IMG/VR virus record: IMGVR_UViG_3300021061_000218
Location: 1-54,421 of that record
Reading direction: 5' to 3' (one strand)
DNA length: 54,421 nucleotides
Source: a virus
Taxonomy: Duplodnaviria > Caudoviricetes
In this document: in pieces, positions 36,303 to 45,288 of the stretch
Position numbering within the stretch: the first letter of the stretch is position 1
Layout of the letters: each line of letters begins with the position of its first letter
Program-made: the position numbers and the translations under genes
Notes under the pieces: model-generated
What the model saw: the letters and a program-made list of their open reading frames with translations, nothing else
The model's database searches: none
What the model was told of the DNA's origin: nothing

Positions 36303-36674
36303 ATGCCCCGACGCAAGATTAGACTCCCCGCCCCCGAGGAGGACGTCATTCGCAAGCCCCCCGTCAAAGCCCTCATCCGTAAATGGAAGAAGGGTGTGCA
36401 TCAGGGCGGTATCGTTGTCGTCTTCCCGGAGGTCCCAACCGATATCCCAGAAACTTGTAAGATCTATCAGCACATCCCCGATCTCGGTGCTGCCTCCTAT
36501 CACGCCATTGAGTCCATGACGGTCCAGGCTACGGAGAAAGAAGCCCGCCAGTACTTAGTCGAGCTCGCCCGCATGGGCATCCACTTCGAAGTCGCCAAAC
36601 GCATTTCTAAGAAGATGGACGAAGTCAGAAAGCGCAGATTCGAGAGCCGGGACTTCGGGATGATGCTGGTATAA
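36303..36674 (+). CDS. Hypothetical phage protein (start uncertain)
   Basis: IRKW...VVVFPE...YQH pattern. Confidence 0.7.
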   Translation: MPRRKIRLPAPEEDVIRKPPVKALIRKWKKGVHQGGIVVVFPEVPTDIPETCKIYQHIPDLGAASYHAIESMTVQATEKEARQYLVELARMGIHFEVAKRISKKMDEVRKRRFESRDFGMMLV

Positions 36675-36696
36675 TACCCGCCCATCCACCTCTCTC

Positions 36697-36879
36697 ATGC
36701 TCGGAACAACCATCAAGTATCAGAAGAGAAACGTCTACGGAAAGATCCGCATGTACATCACCACCGCACACCGGGAGCCCATCTCATTTCTCACGGGCTC
36801 CCCTTCGATTACGTTAAACGATATAAAGGCTCTCCAAGCCCTCGGCTTTACGGTTGAGGAGGAGATAAAGCCTGAATAA
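36697..36879 (+). CDS. Hypothetical protein
   Basis: 60 aa; RNVYG...ALQALGF. Confidence 0.7.
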   Translation: MLGTTIKYQKRNVYGKIRMYITTAHREPISFLTGSPSITLNDIKALQALGFTVEEEIKPE

Positions 36880-36939
36880 GGAATGCCCTACCCTTTGCTC
36901 GGCCATTAGGCCGCAGTGTAATTCTTCCTACCCACACCA

Positions 36940-37236
36940 ATGCTAAAAAAGATTGCGCCGCTCTTTGCGGTGTTGTTTGTTTTCGCTCTCTTCATCATCA
37001 TCGGAGGCCGCACATTCGCCACAAGCGAACTGGAGGCGGCTAAGCAGCGCTACATCGAATCTGTTCGTGGCAGCTGCATCACTATCGCAAATCGCACGCT
37101 CGACTGCTACGAAGGAGACAAGAGCGAGTGCGAGAAGCTGAAAGACTCCCAGAACTGGTTCATGTCTGAATTCGGGAAGTCTCCCGACTTCGTGTGTCAG
37201 GACCCCGGGGCGTATTTTTTAGTCTTCGGGGCCTGA
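36940..37236 (+). CDS. Membrane-anchored/secreted Cys-containing protein; probable N-terminal part of a frameshift fusion
   Basis: Signal-like N-terminus; ends just after T TTT TTA. Confidence 0.75.
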   Translation: MLKKIAPLFAVLFVFALFIIIGGRTFATSELEAAKQRYIESVRGSCITIANRTLDCYEGDKSECEKLKDSQNWFMSEFGKSPDFVCQDPGAYFLVFGA

Positions 37237-38135
37237 TCAAACCCCTGACAACAATCGTCGTGCACCACACGGCGGTAGAGAGGGAGGACCAGCGAGCAGT
37301 CATAGAAGGAGCTCACCTTGGGCGTGGTTACGCCGAGGGGTGCACAGGCTCCCATATCGCCTATCACTTCTCTATCAACAGTAAAGGAAAGATTGATCAG
37401 AACCGTTGCCCCCAGGAGCGCAGCATCCACACCCGCTGTGGCCTGGGGATGGAGCAATGTCTGGGAGATGAAAAGGACATCAATAACGAGTCCCTCGCTA
37501 TCGTCCTTGAAGGCGACTTCACCAATCACCTCCCGCCCCCTGAGCAGCTCACGGCGCTTCAGAACCTCATCGCCTTCATTAAGGCGCAGTACCCCTCCGT
37601 TACGCACGTCATCCCCCACAGAGAAGCCAGCGCAACTGCGTGCCCGGGAAAGAAACTCTCTGACTGGCTTGGGGCGAAGTATCCCCAGCCGAAGCCAGAG
37701 CCGCCGCTACACAAGGCAGCCCCTCTCCCAGACGATGTCTGGAGGATCACCCGCTACTATTCCCCGATCGTAGGCCAACCTCGCTACTACATGGGCAAGA
37801 CCTACTTAGAGGATGTACGGATGAACTGTGGGCTTAATAAAGATGGGACCGCAGGCGACTGCTATCACACAGCTGATGGAAGCGATGTCCGCAATTACGC
37901 ACCGCTCACGTTGGCAGCATGCCCCCCTTCAATCCCGCATGGCACCAAGCTCAAGATTGAGATGTACGGCATCGTGGAGTGCCACGACAGGGGCGGGGCC
38001 ATCAAAGAGAAGCGTATTGACCTCTGGGCAGGACTTGGCATGGACGGCCTCGCCGTCCTCGCAGATAAGAAGTACGCCTGCCCTGGCGGTGCTACGAAAG
38101 ACGGCTGTCCTCTGAAAGTAGAAATCATGAAGTAA
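37194..38135 (+). CDS. N-acetylmuramoyl-L-alanine amidase (Amidase_2) plus 3D domain cell-wall hydrolase
   Basis: IVVHHTA, AYHF.I, HREA..TACPG; then ITRYY, A.P..IPHGT, HDRGGAIK.KRIDLW. Confidence 0.9.
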   Translation: MSGPRGVFFSLRGLIKPLTTIVVHHTAVEREDQRAVIEGAHLGRGYAEGCTGSHIAYHFSINSKGKIDQNRCPQERSIHTRCGLGMEQCLGDEKDINNESLAIVLEGDFTNHLPPPEQLTALQNLIAFIKAQYPSVTHVIPHREASATACPGKKLSDWLGAKYPQPKPEPPLHKAAPLPDDVWRITRYYSPIVGQPRYYMGKTYLEDVRMNCGLNKDGTAGDCYHTADGSDVRNYAPLTLAACPPSIPHGTKLKIEMYGIVECHDRGGAIKEKRIDLWAGLGMDGLAVLADKKYACPGGATKDGCPLKVEIMK

Positions 38136-38138
38136 GTA

Positions 38139-38166
38139 AAAAGCCCCTCCTCACGGTGGGGCTTTT
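38139..38166. terminator. Bidirectional intrinsic terminator
   Basis: AAAAGCCCC...GGGGCTTTT between convergent operons. Confidence 0.8.
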
Positions 38167-38175
38167 ATTGTGCCC

Positions 38176-38385
38176 TCAGATGCGAATCAGCATCCGTCCG
38201 GCACTATCCCTCACTCCTCGGTCCCATTCCGGGGCGAAGAGTCGTTGATCCCCTTCCGCCTCGATGTCGCTCTCACGGAAAGAGTGTTCGAGCGAGACCA
38301 AGCGGGAGAGGTCGCCTTCGGCGAAGCCCTCTTCTTCTGTTTCCATGTCTGTGTCTAATTCAAGTTCATCCACTTCACACTGCAT
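38176..38385 (-). CDS. Acidic hypothetical protein
   Basis: ACTTCCTAACC motif 6 nt upstream of the ATG. Confidence 0.6.
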   Translation of the reverse strand: MQCEVDELELDTDMETEEEGFAEGDLSRLVSLEHSFRESDIEAEGDQRLFAPEWDRGVRDSAGRMLIRI

Positions 38386-38467
38386 AATAGTGGTTAGGAA
38401 GTGGACGGAATAATGCCAGATAAGTTACGAATGATCAAATGACAGAACTCTTCATTTGTTTCGTAAC

Positions 38468-38851
38468 TCAGAGGAGACTCACGTCCATCTTGGCGTAGTA
38501 GAGCCTCTGTCCTCCCGGGAGGTAGGCAGTCACAAGAACCTTCATCTGCAACTGCTCCACGATGTCTTGAGCGATGGCGACGAGAGCAGGTAAGGGCACC
38601 GGGATTCCCTCTTCGAAAAGAAACCCAGCAAGGCCTGTCGGATCGTTATTGATGATGAAGACCTCTCCCCTGTCATCAATGGCTGTCGTGATGGATTCAA
38701 TGATCTTCACGAGGAACGCATCTGCGCAGATCTCCAGTTGATCCACAGGCATGGAAGCCAGCTCTGGATACGCCTCAATGGCGTCGAGCTTCGAGGCAAC
38801 AGCGTTCGTTACGGCGAGGACGGAACTCATCTCATCTCTGCAAGATAACAT
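38468..38851 (-). CDS. Hypothetical protein
   Basis: 127 aa ATG ORF. Confidence 0.7.
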   Translation of the reverse strand: MLSCRDEMSSVLAVTNAVASKLDAIEAYPELASMPVDQLEICADAFLVKIIESITTAIDDRGEVFIINNDPTGLAGFLFEEGIPVPLPALVAIAQDIVEQLQMKVLVTAYLPGGQRLYYAKMDVSLL

Positions 38852-39037
38852 CGTGGGGCTGGAGGAGATAGATAGGGGTTTAGGGCTTCAACAACTTGTC
38901 TTGTACGTTCTTGGGCAACTCTGAAAGAGCCTTCTGAATGTCATAGGTGATCTTTTTCATCATCTTGTTAGTCCAGAACATCCTCTCGGCATGACTTCCC
39001 GCCCTCATCGCCATCAGCATGTAGATTTCTGAGTCGG

Positions 39038-39496
39038 TCATTCTTTCGGGAGAAGGCTATAGGCCGTGTCGATGGTCTTGGCAGCGTTGCCCTCCGTGGC
39101 TAGCCAGGCGTCGAGAATCCGTCGGGCCGCCTCACGCCAGCCCACGCTGATGATGATTACCCGCTGAAAGTCATGTTCTTCTTCCCCGAGGTCCACGACG
39201 AACGTATCGCCAGGGAGAGCGTTTGTGATGATGCCCGTGCTGGGGTCTTTAACAGGATCGAAGGGCTCGTAGCGATTCTTCTCCTCTCCATACGCCGCCT
39301 TCAGCCCAGCGGGATCGAGGAGGCCTTCAAGTATGTATACTGATGAGCCCGCTCCGGGGAAGAGGCGGCTATACGACTTCACATACCGTGTTTCCTCTAC
39401 GAATATTTCACGGCCGTCATCAAACACGTCATAGAGATCGTATCCCCCTTTCACCTGAGCCCGGATAATCGCCTGTAGTTTTTGTGCGGTGGTCAT
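39038..39496 (-). CDS. Hypothetical protein
   Basis: ATGA coupling. Confidence 0.7.
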   Translation of the reverse strand: MTTAQKLQAIIRAQVKGGYDLYDVFDDGREIFVEETRYVKSYSRLFPGAGSSVYILEGLLDPAGLKAAYGEEKNRYEPFDPVKDPSTGIITNALPGDTFVVDLGEEEHDFQRVIIISVGWREAARRILDAWLATEGNAAKTIDTAYSLLPKE

Positions 39497-39634
39497 GGCT
39501 GTCTCTGGTAACCAAGAATCCATTCGAGATACATTCCTGTCACCAAGAATTTAAGAGCGATAACCTGCAGCTTCTGCTTGTCGGGGGTGGTCATAAGCTT
39601 CATTGGCTCCCCTCTTAAGGGAAGCACTAGAAAC

Positions 39635-40507
39635 TTACGCATCGTCATCTTCGTCTTCGTCCTTGCGGGCCTTGATGATCTTCTTAGCCTCGGCAACGAG
39701 CTCGGCCTTGTGCTTGTCTGCGAGGAGCTCTAAGAGAAGTTCCGTGCCCTCTTCGGTGAGGCCGTCTTCGTCTTTAATGTCGGCCTTACGGAGGACACGC
39801 TCTTCGGAACTGAGTCTGCTGTTACGATACAGAGAACGGATAGACATACGTTTGGATGGGGAAGAAGAAATTGAAGATCCTGATGCACAGGAGACAGTAA
39901 ACGAATATTTATTAGAGGAGACGGGTGAGGGTATGGAGTGGGTACAAGTGTCGGTGGTGTAGAAGCCCTCATCATCCGAAGGCTTGGACTCATCCACCTG
40001 CCTTGCAAACTTCTCTTCGGGGGGTGAGCACTTGCGGTAGTTTTCCCGAGGAACGCTAGAGATCTGCCAAGCCACAAGGCCATCAGGCTGGGCAAGGCGG
40101 AGGATCGTCCCCATATTGGTTACACTGAAGACCTGGCACCTGGCTCCTCTTGGGTAGATGTAATCAACTCCAGGGGCACTGAAGGATTCGGTGATCTCCA
40201 CCCAGTCCCCCACCTTAAATCGGTGTTTGGGGTCCTTATCAATCCCCTGCTCTTTCTTGAATTCGGCGAGGGTGAGGATGCGGTAGCCCATGTTTTTGTA
40301 CCACTCCCTCCCGGTATACTCGAGCGGGTCCCCAGCACGAATACACAGCTGATCTTCATACACCTCCCAAGCGGGTCTGTATTCAGTCGGCCGCTCTCCG
40401 TTCCCGAACCATACCCACCCTCCCTCTTCACAGAGACGGAGGTACTCATCTCTCTCTGCCTCGGTCTTGAGGTGAACGACGGTATTTTCAAGCTCACGCA
40501 AATGCAT
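39635..40507 (-). CDS. Multi-domain hypothetical protein
   Basis: FKVGD.V SH3-like middle; C-terminal domain resembles 46536-46895. Confidence 0.75.
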   Translation of the reverse strand: MHLRELENTVVHLKTEAERDEYLRLCEEGGWVWFGNGERPTEYRPAWEVYEDQLCIRAGDPLEYTGREWYKNMGYRILTLAEFKKEQGIDKDPKHRFKVGDWVEITESFSAPGVDYIYPRGARCQVFSVTNMGTILRLAQPDGLVAWQISSVPRENYRKCSPPEEKFARQVDESKPSDDEGFYTTDTCTHSIPSPVSSNKYSFTVSCASGSSISSSPSKRMSIRSLYRNSRLSSEERVLRKADIKDEDGLTEEGTELLLELLADKHKAELVAEAKKIIKARKDEDEDDDA

Positions 40508-40528
40508 GATGAAACAAGCGGAAGAAAA

Positions 40529-41125
40529 TTAGATCGTGCCGAGGAGCGTCTCTGCGTGCTGTGCCTCCGTAAGAGCGATAGCTCTTGCCTTCTCTACCCC
40601 TCCGGGGGTATTGAAGTCGACGTTGCCAGAGGACAGAAGAGCATTCAGGAAGCCGCAGTAGCTCTTGATCTTCCCGAAGTCGGATCCAGTCAGATTGCGG
40701 CCGGTAGCGGGGGCGTAATGCGTGACAGGCTCATTGCTGAAGGCAGACTCGACGTCGGCGGGGGTGAGCGAGGGTGCACGGCTAAGAGTCTCTGGCGTTG
40801 GCTCTGCATCGTAGTAATCTCGTCCGCCTTCCTTCGTGTTTCGCTTGAATTGCACATCCAATTCATCGCCCACCTTGGCCGTCCAGCGGACGGTCGTCTT
40901 CTGCTTCGTCGCAGGGTCGTAGTTGTATTTCGTCATGAGGCGGTTCTTCTGGTCCTCGTTGAGGTCCCAGAAATACGTCTCGCCGTTGTAGGTCAGACGG
41001 AACGGATACTTCGCTCCGAACTTTCCGTCCTTCGCAGCAGACGGGACATGGGCAATCGTCAGGCGGCGGGGAGTGTTCATCAAATACGTCCCGTCTTCCT
41101 GCTTGAAAAGATCTTGGACCTTCAT
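40529..41125 (-). CDS. Hypothetical protein, possible ssDNA-binding OB fold
   Basis: Beta-rich N-terminal half, KVGDELDV; leader motif upstream. Confidence 0.6.
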   Translation of the reverse strand: MKVQDLFKQEDGTYLMNTPRRLTIAHVPSAAKDGKFGAKYPFRLTYNGETYFWDLNEDQKNRLMTKYNYDPATKQKTTVRWTAKVGDELDVQFKRNTKEGGRDYYDAEPTPETLSRAPSLTPADVESAFSNEPVTHYAPATGRNLTGSDFGKIKSYCGFLNALLSSGNVDFNTPGGVEKARAIALTEAQHAETLLGTI

Positions 41126-41157
41126 AAAACGTGTGGGGTTAGGAAGTTACTCCCTTC

Positions 41158-41340
41158 TCAGGGCAGACGGATATTATCAGAAAACCACAGATCTCGCAAT
41201 TTACGGATCCGAGGTTTGTTATGAAACATGAATGCCCAAACTTCACGCTTGTTGAACGTCCCGATTTTTCTGTATTCAGTGTATTTGTATCCCATCCGCA
41301 CCAGTGAGTGCGCTAGTTCTCCGTCTTCAATTGGCAGCAT
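41158..41340 (-). CDS. Hypothetical protein
   Basis: 60 aa, overlaps the upstream stop. Confidence 0.55.
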   Translation of the reverse strand: MLPIEDGELAHSLVRMGYKYTEYRKIGTFNKREVWAFMFHNKPRIRKLRDLWFSDNIRLP

Positions 41341-41704
41341 CTGGTGTTGGTGTGGGGGGCGGAGGTGGCGGTGGTGGACTGGCGTACGTCTGAATTCCCA
41401 TCTGCTGAATTTCTTCGAACGTCGGGAAGATGTCTGTCGGGAATTGCAGAGAGTCGTTCCACGGGAACGTGATGCCCCGGGGGAATAACAGCCGCCTGTT
41501 CCTGCGAGCTCTGTCTGGCGTCACTTCGAGGTAGCCTTTCTTCACGAGTGCCTTGAGCTTGATGCCGTAGGCCTTGTCCTTGCCGCCGAGGAAATCGGCC
41601 AGGTCCGCTTGCGTGGGTGAGAAGCGGAACCGGAACTGGATCATCCTGACGGCGTAGAGAATTTGCTTCTCACGCTCTGTGAGCTCGGGTTTGATGTTCG
41701 ACAT
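41327..41704 (-). CDS. LexA-like winged-helix regulator (DNA-binding domain only)
   Basis: LTEREKQIL...SPTQADLA...LKALVKKGYL...R; no peptidase domain. Confidence 0.8.
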   Translation of the reverse strand: MSNIKPELTEREKQILYAVRMIQFRFRFSPTQADLADFLGGKDKAYGIKLKALVKKGYLEVTPDRARRNRRLLFPRGITFPWNDSLQFPTDIFPTFEEIQQMGIQTYASPPPPPPPPTPTPDAAN

Positions 41705-41812
41705 AGTGGCTAGGAAGTTAAGGCTCAAGGTAACACAGTTCTTTATTTTTTTCAACGAGCCCGCAATGACGCCTGCTCTCTGTCCCAAGAGTTGCGCCGT
41801 TGTGGGCCCGTC

Positions 41813-41972
41813 AAAAAGAAAGTACCAAAGAAAAATTAATACTGTTATTAAACTGTTTTTATACTAGATACTTAAAACCCTAAGAGGGGTTTTAAGTATT
41901 TCTCTTTTGCTTCTCTCTCTTCTTCTTTCTTTTGGTACTTTTCTTTCTTCTTCTCTCTCTTCATTTTCTCTT
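41813..41972. repeat. Bipartite homopurine mirror-repeat element 2 (candidate origin)
   Basis: Short mirror 41813-41835; 13-bp inverted repeat 41868-41899; long mirror 41900-41972 with GGTAC loop. Confidence 0.9.
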
Positions 41973-42125
41973 AAACACGTCGAAAAAAGTGGTGCCCCCG
42001 CAGTAACTTCCTAACCGCTATGGCTGTTGCCAATGCAGTGAAGGCTACTACGCCTTCGTTGCTCGGGAGCACCACTTTGCTTCCGTCGCACTAGTGACAG
42101 CGGTTAGGAAGCATTAGCAAGATAC

Positions 42126-42154
42126 GCCCTCTGCTGTTTAAGTCAACAGAGGGC
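42126..42154. terminator. Hairpin downstream of the primase-helicase gene
   Basis: GCCCTCTG...CAGAGGGC. Confidence 0.45.
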
Positions 42155-42173
42155 ATACATGTTTTGTTCGAGG

Positions 42174-44012
42174 TTATTTGCCTGTTTGTAGTGCGTGCGC
42201 CACGTTCGCAGCGTCATCGCTAGACCCCTCAAGTCGGAAGGACGAATGCTTCCAGTCGTAGATCATGTTCAATCTCACACGACGCTGGAGCGTCTTGCTC
42301 TTGCGAACATCGACGATGCAGTGCGGGTCGTAGGTGCCAAGAGACTTGTTTCGGCTGATCAGGATCGACACGTCTGCGGACTGGTTCAGCGGCCCCCCGC
42401 CCTCGAACGGGATATAGCCCTGCTGTTCGTGCAGGTCGGTTAAGCCTTCTTTGCCGAGCTGACACACGTCGATGATGGCAACGTCATGCCGCTGGGCGAG
42501 TGACTGCAGGTTCTTGCCGTACTCTCTGGCCCAGTTGTAAACCTCGGGCTTCATGTCGATCATCTGGCTGTAGTCCAGCATGATGAAGTCCACGCCCCCG
42601 TCGGTCTTCGCCTTCGCAATCAGGTCTTCCATCTGGCGCAGGGAGTTGCTGGTGTGACGCACGTCGAAAATCTTCAGGCCAGAATAGATTTGCAGCGATG
42701 CCTCTGACGGGCTTCGCTTCTGCTCCAGGATGTCCATGTACTTGCAGCCAAGCTGGATCGAGATCAGGTGGGCCAGGACTTCGGTGGTGTCCACTTCGGT
42801 CGAGAAGATAATGCCCCGGTAGCCACTGCGAAGCAGCTGGTCTGCTAGGAAGTAGCCGAACTTGGATTTGCCGGTGCCGAAGAGCGCCCCGATGCGGGTG
42901 ACTTTCTTGCGAGCCAAAAGCCGGAACGGGGTGAGCTCCGGATTGATGTGCAGACAGTTCGGCGGGGAGGACTGGAGTTCCTTCAGGATCTCCTCGATGC
43001 CGTACGAGGTGTTTTCGGCCCCAGGCTTCTTGTCGATTCTGACCTGCGGGTAGTGGTCCTTGAACCAGAAGAACGTGTCTCGGGTGGAGAGGCCTTTCAC
43101 CGCCTTCACGAACTCGAACGGCGCAAAGCCGTTCGCAGTCTTCGGGATGTGGTCAGAGCCGCCGTGCATGACGATATTTCGTTCTGGAATTATGTAAGTG
43201 GCCTTGTGCTTGCCGCCGGAGGGGTCCCGGAAATTCTTGCCATTCGGCATTAGCTCCCAGCCCATTACCCGGCAGACAATCTCGCTTATCGGCAGCTTTT
43301 GGATAGCATTGTAAGTATCATTGCGAACTTTGTCTTCGGGTGGCGAAGATTGAGCCGCAGTCTCACGCCTCTCAGTGATACGTCTCTCCCCCGTCGCAAC
43401 CATCTCCGAAAGACTTATTTTCGTATCCTGGAACTTTAGGATCCTAACTTGCGATGGGGGGTTGTGCTTTCGGTTGAAGGATCCCGGCAGCCGTCCGATA
43501 CGGGCAACGTTCACACACGAATTATCAAGCTTCTCATCGGTAAGCAGCTCCGCCTGTTCGATGAGCACCCGGAGGCCTTCTTTCCAGGCATTTTTGTCTG
43601 AAATCTCTATGGCTTGTTTGCCAAAGTAGTAAACATGAATGCCGTTCCCGGAGAAAATTATATATCTCCATTTCGCCAAGACCGCATCTGCGCTGAGGAG
43701 CTCAGGGAGCGTGTTCTCGCCCCAGTAGACAATGTCCTCGTCTTCAAGATATGGCGAGCCTTTGCGGATATCGAAGTCGAAGTAGAAATAGTTCTTGAGC
43801 TTGATATCGTCATCCTCGGCCCTCTCGTTCCTAATGCCCGGGGAGTCTTTAACCCCCGCCATAAAGAACAAGTTGCTTCTTGGATTTGCCTCCACGAACT
43901 TCTCGAGCTCCTGAGGAGACCAGCTTTTTATACAAGCATCGACCCTGTTCAGTGGGCCTGCCTGGATGACGCAACCGGGAAGTGAAATGTCTGTCAGAAA
44001 CTTCTGCAGCAT
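42174..44012 (-). CDS. Primase-helicase fusion (AEP/RepB-like primase plus DnaB-like SF4 helicase)
   Basis: YFDFD, SGNGIH.Y, RLPGSFN.K; Walker A GALFGTGKS, MLDYSQ, CQL, QSAD. Confidence 0.88.
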   Translation of the reverse strand: MLQKFLTDISLPGCVIQAGPLNRVDACIKSWSPQELEKFVEANPRSNLFFMAGVKDSPGIRNERAEDDDIKLKNYFYFDFDIRKGSPYLEDEDIVYWGENTLPELLSADAVLAKWRYIIFSGNGIHVYYFGKQAIEISDKNAWKEGLRVLIEQAELLTDEKLDNSCVNVARIGRLPGSFNRKHNPPSQVRILKFQDTKISLSEMVATGERRITERRETAAQSSPPEDKVRNDTYNAIQKLPISEIVCRVMGWELMPNGKNFRDPSGGKHKATYIIPERNIVMHGGSDHIPKTANGFAPFEFVKAVKGLSTRDTFFWFKDHYPQVRIDKKPGAENTSYGIEEILKELQSSPPNCLHINPELTPFRLLARKKVTRIGALFGTGKSKFGYFLADQLLRSGYRGIIFSTEVDTTEVLAHLISIQLGCKYMDILEQKRSPSEASLQIYSGLKIFDVRHTSNSLRQMEDLIAKAKTDGGVDFIMLDYSQMIDMKPEVYNWAREYGKNLQSLAQRHDVAIIDVCQLGKEGLTDLHEQQGYIPFEGGGPLNQSADVSILISRNKSLGTYDPHCIVDVRKSKTLQRRVRLNMIYDWKHSSFRLEGSSDDAANVAHALQTGK

Positions 44013-44112
44013 GGCGAATAGTGGTTAGGAAGTCCCCGCATTCTAGCACGGCGCAGTTGTGGTTCCAATTCCCACAAGACAATTAATATTGGTTCCTCGC
44101 AAATGCAGAAAA

Positions 44113-44158
44113 TTGAAAAAAATGTCGAAGCGTGCTAAGATGTTCGCACTTCCTAACC
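44113..44158 (+). promoter_or_regulatory. Promoter plus leader motif (a divergent partner lies at 44023-44045 on the minus strand)
   Basis: TTGAAA-17-TAAGAT, 6 nt, then ACTTCCTAACC. Confidence 0.7.
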
Positions 44159-44167
44159 GTTCATTCC

Positions 44168-44494
44168 ATGCAGCTTGAGGTAGAATTTAGCCCGCTCGGT
44201 GACCATGTGCTTGTCGAGCCTTTAGACAAGACGCAGGTGACGGCGTCGGGCATTGTCCTCACGGCAGCAGCGAATGACGAGATGCCGGAACAGGCCACTG
44301 TCGTTGCCGTCGGGAGGGGCGGAACGTACAAGGACTGTCCGGATCCCTCACAGTTTCTCACGGACGGGCAGACCGTAGTGATCAACAAGTGGGCCGGCGA
44401 GGAGATGAAGATCAAAGACCTGCAGGGCAAGGAGCACACGTTAAAGCTCCTGCACCTTGCGCAGATTTACGGTATTTCGAAGAAAACGAAGTGA
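44168..44494 (+). CDS. groES: Co-chaperonin GroES
   Basis: PLGDHVLV, TASGIVL, VVAVG.G, KWAG.E. Confidence 0.92.
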   Translation: MQLEVEFSPLGDHVLVEPLDKTQVTASGIVLTAAANDEMPEQATVVAVGRGGTYKDCPDPSQFLTDGQTVVINKWAGEEMKIKDLQGKEHTLKLLHLAQIYGISKKTK

Positions 44495-45288
44495 GTCCTG
44501 TCGATCTTTCACAGAAACGCTGTTTCGTAGACAAGAGGTTCTATCCGCTCGTCCATCCGGAGACCGGGGAGAGCAAGAAGGGCCCCTCTGTCACCACTAT
44601 CCTGGATTTCGTCCGTGAGAAGGGATTTCTGGACCAGTGGGAAAGCGAATTCATTGAACTGTGGGGAGTCGACGGCTACAAGAAATTCCTCGAAAAGAAA
44701 GCCGCTGAAGGGACCATGCTCCACTCGCTGATAGAGCTCTATCTGAATCGAGTGTTGCTGAAGGACCCCACCCCGATCGAATGGACGGAGGGTATCTCCG
44801 GTTTTGTCTGGAAGAAGTTCCTCAACTTCAAAGCTTGGTTCGAGGAGCATCGACCGAACATCCTCTGGATGGAGCGAACAGTGCAGTCTTGGGAACTTGG
44901 CTACGGCGGGAGGGCAGACCTCGGCCTAGAAATGACCAGGGACACTGACGACTACAAGAAGGGGCAACTCTTCGTCCACGATCACAAGTCATCGAAATCT
45001 GCGACGTCGAAACATCTGGAACAGGATGCAGCCTATATCTACGCCCTGGAAGAAGAGACGGGGCTGAAGTACCACGGAGTTGTAGTGCCGTTTGGAACGC
45101 CGACGAGAAAGGGTTACAAGCCGGTCTACGTGCGCCGTGATGTCCCCTACCAGAAGGGAAAGACGAAGTCTGAATACGAGTATTACCTAGAGGCGTTCCT
45201 CCTGAAAAAGAAGCTCTTCGATCACTACTTCGACGAGATGTTGCCGGAGGATCAGTGGCTGGATGTGTTTGTTACCCCGAAGTTCTGA
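44491..45288 (+). CDS. PD-(D/E)XK phage exonuclease
   Basis: PSVTTIL, GT.LH..IE, YGGRADL, DHKSS, Q.AAY. Confidence 0.85.
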   Translation: MSPVDLSQKRCFVDKRFYPLVHPETGESKKGPSVTTILDFVREKGFLDQWESEFIELWGVDGYKKFLEKKAAEGTMLHSLIELYLNRVLLKDPTPIEWTEGISGFVWKKFLNFKAWFEEHRPNILWMERTVQSWELGYGGRADLGLEMTRDTDDYKKGQLFVHDHKSSKSATSKHLEQDAAYIYALEEETGLKYHGVVVPFGTPTRKGYKPVYVRRDVPYQKGKTKSEYEYYLEAFLLKKKLFDHYFDEMLPEDQWLDVFVTPKF

